DNA of 64,000 nucleotides from Rickettsiales bacterium (GTDB lineage Bacteria; Pseudomonadota; Alphaproteobacteria; Rickettsiales; JABSSG01): NCBI GenBank assembly GCA_018062985.1, contig JAGORE010000001.1, positions 12,661 to 76,660 of the forward strand, read 5' to 3'. Shown piece by piece: positions 20,300 to 26,213 of this stretch (position 1 is its first letter; each line of letters starts with the position of its first letter). The notes under the pieces were generated by a model. It saw only the letters and a program-made list of their open reading frames with translations, ran no database searches and was not told where the DNA came from. The position numbers and the translations under genes were made by a program.

Positions 20300-20441
20300 T
20301 TTAACTGTATTCAGAAGATAAAATGCTAATGTTTACCATGGCTATGTTGTGACGCCAGAAGTGTTGCGTTCTCGTGAAACAGGTGCGCATGCGCTACTTC
20401 GTAAACTTAAGATTGTGGATAAAAATGGAGAAATTAAGTAA
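20300..20441 (+). pseudogene. 3' remnant of an orphan toxin module (same family as 21609-22082), 5' part deleted
   Basis: Encodes ...VYHGYVVTPEVLRSRETGAHALLRKLKIVDKNGEIK*, homologous to the last 35-40 codons of the 157-aa toxins. No upstream handle or start. Stop overlaps the next immunity gene by 17 nt, exactly as in the intact cassettes. The left boundary is approximate. Confidence 0.7.
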
Positions 20442-20733
20442 AAATATCATAGCCGAGGAATTGTGCTGTGATAAGATGAAATTTGCAGTCAATAAAGAGC
20501 GTATTATTGATTACGAAAATTATGTTAGAAATTACAATATACGAGGCATGAAGAGAGTTTATGCTATAGCATATTGTCCATGGTGTGGACAAAATTTGGG
20601 TAGAGAGCTAAACTGGGAATATTACGAAATTCTTGGGAAAGAATACGGCATAGACTACCCTGAAACAACGGAAGCAGATAAAGTTCCTGAGGAATTTAAA
20701 AGTGAAGAGTGGTGGAAGAAGCTGGGTCTTTAG
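20425..20733 (+). CDS. Cys4 (CCxxM...CPWCG) putative immunity protein, cassette A
   Basis: 102 aa from ATG 20425. The listed ORF start at 20374 lies inside the toxin remnant. Paralogous to 22066-22374 and 22901-23209. C-terminal VPEEFKSEEWWKKLGL. Confidence 0.65.
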   Translation: MEKLSKNIIAEELCCDKMKFAVNKERIIDYENYVRNYNIRGMKRVYAIAYCPWCGQNLGRELNWEYYEILGKEYGIDYPETTEADKVPEEFKSEEWWKKLGL

Positions 20734-20824
20734 TTAAAGTTTCATATATCTCGTGTTAAAGTTTTAATTAAACAGTCCTGTAGTAGTAGAGAGTGCGTTA
20801 GAGAGTGGTTTTGTCTTAGAGACC
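20731..20824 (+). repeat. inter-cassette junction repeat, copy 1 (with a partial internal duplication of ttaaagttt)
   Basis: tagttaaagtttTAATTAAACAGTCCTGTAGTAGTAGAGAGTGCGTTAGAGAGTGGTTTTGTCTTAGAGACC precedes the ATG. It translates in the toxin frame as NSPVVVESALESGFVLET, homologous to the main toxin. Confidence 0.85.
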
Positions 20825-21237
20825 ATGTTTATGAGGTCACCATTTTATGGGCAATGGCAAGCAAAAAGAGCTGCAGAAAAAGCTGTTAAACTAGAAAATG
20901 TTGCTGGCAGTGGAGGTGGCAATTGGAATAATGGTACCGGCACAGATTCTGATCTTCGTTATAAAGCGTATGAGCAGTACAAACAGTATCGGGTAGATAC
21001 GCATGTCCATCATCGGTAAGTCCGATATGGCAAGCAACTGAACCTTTTAAAGGCGGATACAGAACTAATGGTTTAAAAAGTAACAAAAGAGAGTATTATA
21101 GGTGGGATGAGAGGCATAAAGATGTTGAAATATATGACCACAACGCACGTTATCTTGGGTCAAAAGATCCTGTTACTGGTAAGGCATATAGAAAAGGAGA
21201 TATGAAAATAAATTTTCAACTAAAGGACTTAAAATGA
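20825..21237 (+). pseudogene. orphan toxin module with colicin-E3-like (16S rRNA-cleaving) cytotoxic domain, interrupted by a frameshift
   Basis: The 5' part (20825-21019) encodes MFMRSPFYGQWQAKRAAEK...GGGNWNNGTGTDS. The frame open from 20974 to the stop at 21235-21237 encodes PIWQATEPFKGGYRTNGLKSNKREYYRWDERHKDVEIYDHNARYLGSKDPVTGKAYRKGD. Compare colicin E3 RKIYEWDSQHGELEGYRASDGQHLGSFDPKTGNQLKG (from memory). Confidence 0.7.
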
Positions 21238-21551
21238 TAAAATTTTGTTGTAGTAATTTTAGTAGTAAGAAGCATAAAGGAAAAGTTGATTTTTATACTA
21301 CTAGCAATAATGATGTAATAATTCGTTACTATCCTAAAACAAGAGAATATTTTTCTGTTCATTCAGATGAAACAGGTTGTGATATAAATTATTGTCAATG
21401 GTGCGGCAAGAAGATGCCCAAGCCACTTGTTGACGAATGGTATAAAATACTAGAGGAAGAGTATGGGATATTAGATCCCGTGGTAGATGATGCAGACAAA
21501 GTTCCAAAAGAATTCAAAACAGATGCATGGTGGAAAAAGCGCGGTCTTTAG
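21234..21551 (+). CDS. Cys4 putative immunity protein, cassette B (divergent N-terminal half)
   Basis: ATGA start/stop overlap with the E3-like module. FCC...YCQWCGKKMP...DKVPKEFKTDAWWKKRGL shares its C-terminal half with the other immunity paralogs. Confidence 0.65.
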   Translation: MIKFCCSNFSSKKHKGKVDFYTTSNNDVIIRYYPKTREYFSVHSDETGCDINYCQWCGKKMPKPLVDEWYKILEEEYGILDPVVDDADKVPKEFKTDAWWKKRGL

Positions 21552-21608
21552 TTAAAGTTTTAATTAAACAGTCCTGTAGTAGTAGAGAGTGGTTTTGTCT
21601 TAGATACC
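21549..21608 (+). repeat. inter-cassette junction repeat, copy 2 (12-nt deletion relative to copies 1 and 3)
   Basis: tagttaaagttttaattaaacagtcctgtagtagtagagagtggttttgtcttagatacc directly before ATG 21609. Confidence 0.85.
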
Positions 21609-22082
21609 ATGTTTATGAGATCACCATTTTATGGACAATGGCAAGCAAAAAGAGCTGCAGAAAAAGAAAAAGCTGCTAAACTAGAGAATGCTGCTGGGGC
21701 ATCTAACGGCGGCAATTGGAATAACGGTACTGGTACAGATTCTGGTAGTAAGTGGTTTCAGTGGTTTAATGCGATTGACGAGGCTTTTGATCCACGTACT
21801 TGTTTATATAAAGAATCTCCAGCGCATACCGGAAGCAATAAGCACAAGAGCCGCGCACCAACAGATGGTCAAAAGAACTTGCCTAATTCATATAGATTCT
21901 CAGAAAGTGGCAGAGTGTCTGTTGACTTAGATAATACTGAGATTATAATATACAGAAGAGAGCGGCCGAATGTTTATCATGGCTATGTTGTGACGCCTGA
22001 AGTGTTGCGTTCTCGTGAAACAAGGGCCCATGCCTTGCTTTATAAACTTAAAATGGTAGATAAACGTGGAGAAATCATATAA
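21609..22082 (+). CDS. orphan toxin module C (157 aa; toxin domain of unrecognised family)
   Basis: Intact ORF beginning with the shared MFMRSPFYGQWQAKRAAEKEKAAKLENAAGASNGGNWNNGTGTDSG linker. Overlaps the downstream immunity gene by 17 nt. Independent expression is unproven and no SD was seen. Confidence 0.6.
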   Translation: MFMRSPFYGQWQAKRAAEKEKAAKLENAAGASNGGNWNNGTGTDSGSKWFQWFNAIDEAFDPRTCLYKESPAHTGSNKHKSRAPTDGQKNLPNSYRFSESGRVSVDLDNTEIIIYRRERPNVYHGYVVTPEVLRSRETRAHALLYKLKMVDKRGEII

Positions 22083-22374
22083 TAACACTGGTTCGGTAGA
22101 GTTATGCTGCAAAAAGATGAGCTTTGCTGTCAACAAAGAGCATATCATTGATCACGAAGATAATGTAAGAAATTATAATATACGTGGCAGAAAAAGAAAT
22201 TATAATATAGCATACTGCCCATGGTGTGGAAAAGATCTTGGTAAAGCATTAAATTGGGAATATTTTGAGATCTTAGCAAAAGAATATGGGATTGAAGATC
22301 CTGATTTTGTAAATTTTACTAATGTTCCAGAAGAATTCAAAACAGATGCATGGTGGAAAAAGCGCGGTCTTTAG
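22066..22374 (+). CDS. Cys4 putative immunity protein, cassette C
   Basis: 102 aa. CCKKM...YCPWCGKDLG...NWEYFEILAKEYGIEDPDFVNFTNVPEEFKTDAWWKKRGL. Confidence 0.65.
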   Translation: MEKSYNNTGSVELCCKKMSFAVNKEHIIDHEDNVRNYNIRGRKRNYNIAYCPWCGKDLGKALNWEYFEILAKEYGIEDPDFVNFTNVPEEFKTDAWWKKRGL

Positions 22375-22443
22375 TTAAAGTTTTAATTAAACAGTCCTGT
22401 AGTAGTAGAGAGTGCGTTAGAGAGTGGTTTTGTCTTAGAGACC
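22372..22443 (+). repeat. inter-cassette junction repeat, copy 3
   Basis: Same sequence as copy 1 without the internal duplication. Directly precedes ATG 22444. Confidence 0.85.
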
Positions 22444-22917
22444 ATGCTTATGAGATCGCCATTTTATGGACAATGGCAAGCAAAAAGAGCTGCAGAAAAA
22501 GAAAAAGCTGCTAAACTAGAGAATGCTGCTGGGGCATCTAACGGCGGCAATTGGAATAACGGTACTGGTACAGATTCTGGTAGTAAGTGGTTTCAGTGGT
22601 TTAATGCGATTGACGAGGCTTTTGATCCACGTACTTGTTTATATAAAGAATCTCCAGCGCATACCGGAAGCAATAAGCACAAGAGCCGCGCACCAACAGA
22701 TGGTCAAAAGAACTTGCCTAATTCATATAGATTCTCAGAAAGTGGCAGAGTGTCTGTTGACTTAGATAATACTGAGATTATAATATACAGAAGAGAGCGG
22801 CCGAATGTTTATCATGGCTATGTTGTGACGCCAGAAGTGTTGCGTTCTCGTGAAACAGGAGCATATGCATTACTTTTTAAGCTTGATATAGTAGGTAAAA
22901 ATGGCAAAATCAAATAG
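22444..22917 (+). CDS. orphan toxin module D (157 aa; identical to module C at residues 3-138, divergent 19-aa tail)
   Basis: Protein identical to C except F2L until ...LRSRET. The tail is GAYALLFKLDIVGKNGKIK versus RAHALLYKLKMVDKRGEII in C. Confidence 0.6.
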   Translation: MLMRSPFYGQWQAKRAAEKEKAAKLENAAGASNGGNWNNGTGTDSGSKWFQWFNAIDEAFDPRTCLYKESPAHTGSNKHKSRAPTDGQKNLPNSYRFSESGRVSVDLDNTEIIIYRRERPNVYHGYVVTPEVLRSRETGAYALLFKLDIVGKNGKIK

Positions 22918-23209
22918 CAATACTGTAGACAAAGTTTTCTGTTGTGAAAAGATGGGATTTGCAATCAATAAAGAACATATTATTGATTATGATGATTGTG
23001 TAAGAAATTATAATCTGTGTGGTGACAAAAGAGACTATGCTATCCTATATTGTCCATGGTGTGGGAAAGATTTAGGTAAAAGATTAAATTGGGAATATTT
23101 TGAGATATTAGCAAAAGAATATGGGATTGAAGATCCTGATTTTGTAAATTTTACTAATGTCCCAGAAGAATTCAAAACAGATGCATGGTGGAAGAAGCGG
23201 GGTCTTTAG
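22901..23209 (+). CDS. Cys4 putative immunity protein, cassette D
   Basis: 102 aa. FCCEKM...YCPWCGKDLG. The C-terminal half is near-identical to cassette C and the N-terminal half is divergent. Confidence 0.65.
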   Translation: MAKSNSNTVDKVFCCEKMGFAINKEHIIDYDDCVRNYNLCGDKRDYAILYCPWCGKDLGKRLNWEYFEILAKEYGIEDPDFVNFTNVPEEFKTDAWWKKRGL

Positions 23210-23284
23210 TTAAAGTTTTAATTAAACAGTCCTGTAGTAGTAGAGAGTGCATTAAAGAGTGGTTTTGTGTCGGAGTTTAATTGA
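23207..23284 (+). repeat. inter-cassette junction repeat, copy 4 (terminal stub with no toxin module behind it)
   Basis: tagttaaagttttaattaaacagtcctgtagtagtagagagtgcattaaagagtggttttgtgtcggagtttaattga. The handle frame reads NSPVVVESALKSGFVSEFN* and then stops. Confidence 0.8.
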
Positions 23285-23334
23285 TATTAAGGATTATATT
23301 GTATATTAAACAGTAAAGATTTTGAATGATGATA

Positions 23335-23646
23335 TCAATTCATTCTATACTTATTTTGCGCGGATTCTGTAGTGAGTTCTTCTTTTAAATCTTCTATATC
23401 GTAAGCTATATGAGTTTTGCCCTCTGCATCAACAATTATTCGAGTGTCTTCGTTTTCGCAATCATCTTCTAAATCTAATTCTTTTTGCAATTGATGCATT
23501 GCTTTAGAGTATTCTTTTTTTAATGTTGTTATTTTTTTTGTAAAAGATTTGATAACTTTCATAATAGCTGGCATATCTTCAGGTTTTATAAAGATTACTG
23601 CTATACATAAAATCACGACAAATTCTGAAAGAGAAATACCTAGCAT
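23335..23646 (-). CDS. Sec-independent (twin-arginine) translocase subunit, TatA/TatB family
   Basis: MLGISLSEFVVILCIAVIFIKPEDMPAIMKVI is the TatA/B N-terminal TM plus amphipathic helix pattern. 103 aa. Confidence 0.6.
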   Translation of the reverse strand: MLGISLSEFVVILCIAVIFIKPEDMPAIMKVIKSFTKKITTLKKEYSKAMHQLQKELDLEDDCENEDTRIIVDAEGKTHIAYDIEDLKEELTTESAQNKYRMN

Positions 23647-23647
23647 T

Positions 23648-24451
23648 TTATTTGACGTTTCTCCAAATACGTTTTTTGGCTAAGTAAAATATAACAGTAA
23701 AAGCAATCAGATACAACATCACTTTTATACCAATCAATTTTCTATGTTCCATTTCTGGTTCTGCTGCCCAATGTAAGAAAGATACTACGTCTTTTGACAT
23801 TTGCTCAATAGTTGGTGCTTCGTTATTATCGTATGTTACAAGTCCAGGAGATAATGGTGGCGGCATACTAATCTGGTGATTAGTAAAATAAGGGTTATAA
23901 TACATGCCAGAATATAATTGAAAATCTTTTGGTGGATTTGCATATCCCGTTAATATTGAATATAAATAATTGGCACCATCAGGTCTTGCTTTTATTATTA
24001 AAGATAGATCTGGAGGTAAAGCTCCATTATTAGCAGAACGTGCAGCTTGTTCATTTGGATATGCTGGTACAAACATGTCATTTATCGTTGCTGATCTCTT
24101 GTTAACAACGCCTTCATCATTAGGTTTGTCATCTGTTTGATATTCTGCAGCAATGCTTTTTATTTCTTCTGTAGAAAAACCGATTTTCTTTAAATCGCGA
24201 TAAGATAAATATTTTAACGAATGACAAGTTTGACATACTTCCTTATAAACCTTAAAACCGCGTTGTATAGCTGTTTTATCAAAATATCCAAATATGCCCT
24301 CAAATGACCATGATAGTTGTTTTGGAGGCAAATGGGAAGACGCTAAGACTGTGTTTGATAATATCAATAAGGTTGAAATAATTAGCGTGATAACTGTCTT
24401 ATTTTTCATAATCTTTACTGATAGATTCTGGTATTGGTAAGGTTTTCTCAT
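23648..24451 (-). CDS. petC: cytochrome c1 (ubiquinol-cytochrome c reductase)
   Basis: CQTCHS heme-binding motif and C-terminal TM anchor. Downstream of petB. The real start is likely M15 (24409), which gives a signal peptide. Confidence 0.85.
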   Translation of the reverse strand: MRKPYQYQNLSVKIMKNKTVITLIISTLLILSNTVLASSHLPPKQLSWSFEGIFGYFDKTAIQRGFKVYKEVCQTCHSLKYLSYRDLKKIGFSTEEIKSIAAEYQTDDKPNDEGVVNKRSATINDMFVPAYPNEQAARSANNGALPPDLSLIIKARPDGANYLYSILTGYANPPKDFQLYSGMYYNPYFTNHQISMPPPLSPGLVTYDNNEAPTIEQMSKDVVSFLHWAAEPEMEHRKLIGIKVMLYLIAFTVIFYLAKKRIWRNVK

Positions 24452-25598
24452 ATTTTCCTAATAGTGGTAATATCAAGAGAAAATGTGTAAAATAATAAAA
24501 AGTAGCAAATTGTCCAAGAATTATATATATGCCTTCAGGGGACTTGCTGCCAAGATGTCCAAGTAATATAACATTGCCAATAAAAATCCAGAAGCACACT
24601 TTAAAAACTGGTCTGTATCTTCCACTTTTTACTTTCGAAGAATCTAACCAAGGTAAGAAGAATAATATTAATATGGCAGAGAGCATCGCTATGACTCCAC
24701 CTAACTTGCTAGGGATAGCACGTAATATTGCATAAAATGGTAAAAAATACCATTCTGGAACAATATGCTCAGGTGTCACCATAGGGTTTGCCTCGATATA
24801 ATTATCTGGATGCCCTAGGTAATTAGGTTGATAAAATAGGAAATAAGCAAACAAGAGGAAAAAGAATCCAAATCCGAAGAAATCTTTTACTGTATAATAA
24901 GGATGAAAAGGAATGGTGTCTTTTTTTGTTTTTACTTCTACTCCAGTAGGATTATTGGAGCCATGTATGTGTAATGCAATTATATGGATGATTACAATGG
25001 CTACTATAACGAAAGGTAGTAGGTAATGTAGTACAAAAAAACGGTTTAACGTTGCATCCCCTACCGAAAATCCGCCCCATAACCATTGAACAATCTTTTC
25101 TCCAATTACAGGTAATGCTGAAAAAAGATTTGTGATTACTGTAGCTCCCCAAAAACTCATCTGTCCCCAGGGCAAGACATAGCCCATGAATGCTGTTGCC
25201 ATCATTAATACGAAAATTATTATGCCCATAAACCATACCATTTCTCGAGGAGATTTGTAAGATCCATAATAGAGTCCTCTTGCGATATGAATATATACGG
25301 CAACAAAAAACATGGATGCTCCAACAGCGTGTGTGTATCTAATAAGCCACCCGTAGTTCACGTTTCGCATGATATATTCAACGCTTTGAAAGGCTGTAGC
25401 AGCATTTGGTGAATAATGCATTGCTAAAAATAAACCTGTGATAATTTGAATGACTAGTGCTATGCCAGCAATAGAGCCAAAGTTCCACATGTAGCTTAGG
25501 TTTTTTGGTGTCCGGTATTCTCCTAAATGTTTAATAAAAGAGAATATGGGTAGTCTATATTCAATCCATTCAACAATTGTTTGTTTTTTGTTCGACAT
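24399..25598 (-). CDS. petB: cytochrome b
   Basis: Typical cytochrome b sequence ([30 protein letters not shown]). Confidence 0.95.
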   Translation of the reverse strand: MSNKKQTIVEWIEYRLPIFSFIKHLGEYRTPKNLSYMWNFGSIAGIALVIQIITGLFLAMHYSPNAATAFQSVEYIMRNVNYGWLIRYTHAVGASMFFVAVYIHIARGLYYGSYKSPREMVWFMGIIIFVLMMATAFMGYVLPWGQMSFWGATVITNLFSALPVIGEKIVQWLWGGFSVGDATLNRFFVLHYLLPFVIVAIVIIHIIALHIHGSNNPTGVEVKTKKDTIPFHPYYTVKDFFGFGFFFLLFAYFLFYQPNYLGHPDNYIEANPMVTPEHIVPEWYFLPFYAILRAIPSKLGGVIAMLSAILILFFLPWLDSSKVKSGRYRPVFKVCFWIFIGNVILLGHLGSKSPEGIYIILGQFATFYYFTHFLLILPLLGKYEKTLPIPESISKDYEK

Positions 25599-25601
25599 GG
25601 T

Positions 25602-26129
25602 TTAGCCTATTTTTATTTTAGTATCTGTAAGAAAAGTATATTCGGGAATAATCAGATTGAGTGGAGCTGGTCCTTTTCTAATACGTCCAGAGGTGTCGTA
25701 ATGAGAGCCGTGACAAGGGCAAAACCACCCCCCATAATCACCACTATCTCCTAAAGGAATGCATCCCAAATGAGTACATACGCCTATCATTATAAGCCAA
25801 TTTGTATGTCCTGTTTTTACTCGTACAGAGTCTGGTTGTGGGTCTGGTAATTGTTGCCATTCCGTATCTTCAGCTTCTTTTATTTCTTTGTCTGTTCTGT
25901 TTCTTATAAATACCGGTTTTCCTCTCCACATTACTTTAAGTGTCTGACCTTTCTCTATAGGTGATAAATCTACTTCGATAGAAGATAAAGCTAAAACATC
26001 TGATGCTGGATTCATTGAGTCAACAAGTGGCCATAAACAAGATGCAGCTCCAACCCCTGCTACTGCGCTGGCAGTTAGAGTAATAAAATCCTTTCTTGAT
26101 ACTTTCTTTTTTATAACTGTATTTTGCAT
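25602..26129 (-). CDS. petA: ubiquinol-cytochrome c reductase Rieske iron-sulfur subunit
   Basis: CTHLGC and CPCHGS 2Fe-2S motifs. Tat-like N-terminus [17 protein letters not shown]. Confidence 0.9.
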   Translation of the reverse strand: MQNTVIKKKVSRKDFITLTASAVAGVGAASCLWPLVDSMNPASDVLALSSIEVDLSPIEKGQTLKVMWRGKPVFIRNRTDKEIKEAEDTEWQQLPDPQPDSVRVKTGHTNWLIMIGVCTHLGCIPLGDSGDYGGWFCPCHGSHYDTSGRIRKGPAPLNLIIPEYTFLTDTKIKIG

Positions 26130-26213
26130 ATTGAATAATTTTACTAATATGTCTTTTATATCAAATTGTTTTTAATTATCAATGCAACAACCTTATTTTT
26201 ATCTATTAAAAAG

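Noticed and set aside
20974-21019. Programmed ribosomal frameshift joining the two halves of the E3-like module
   Set aside because: No slippery heptamer (X XXY YYZ) or obvious downstream structure lies in the overlap window. A simple indel (pseudogene or sequencing error) is more parsimonious.
21975-22020. Resemblance of VYHGYVVTPEVLRSRE to the RNase Sa/barnase-family block YYHEYTVITPGARTRG
   Set aside because: The position of the essential catalytic Glu (YHEY) is Gly here, and the upstream NRE..LP element is not at the right spacing. The match is too weak to call a microbial RNase fold from sequence alone.
20731-23284. Regularly spaced about 70-bp repeats that could be read as a CRISPR-like array
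   Set aside because: The spacing is about 780-835 bp and the intervals are protein-coding cassettes. The repeats are partly coding (the toxin homology handle) and are not palindromic. No cas genes are present.
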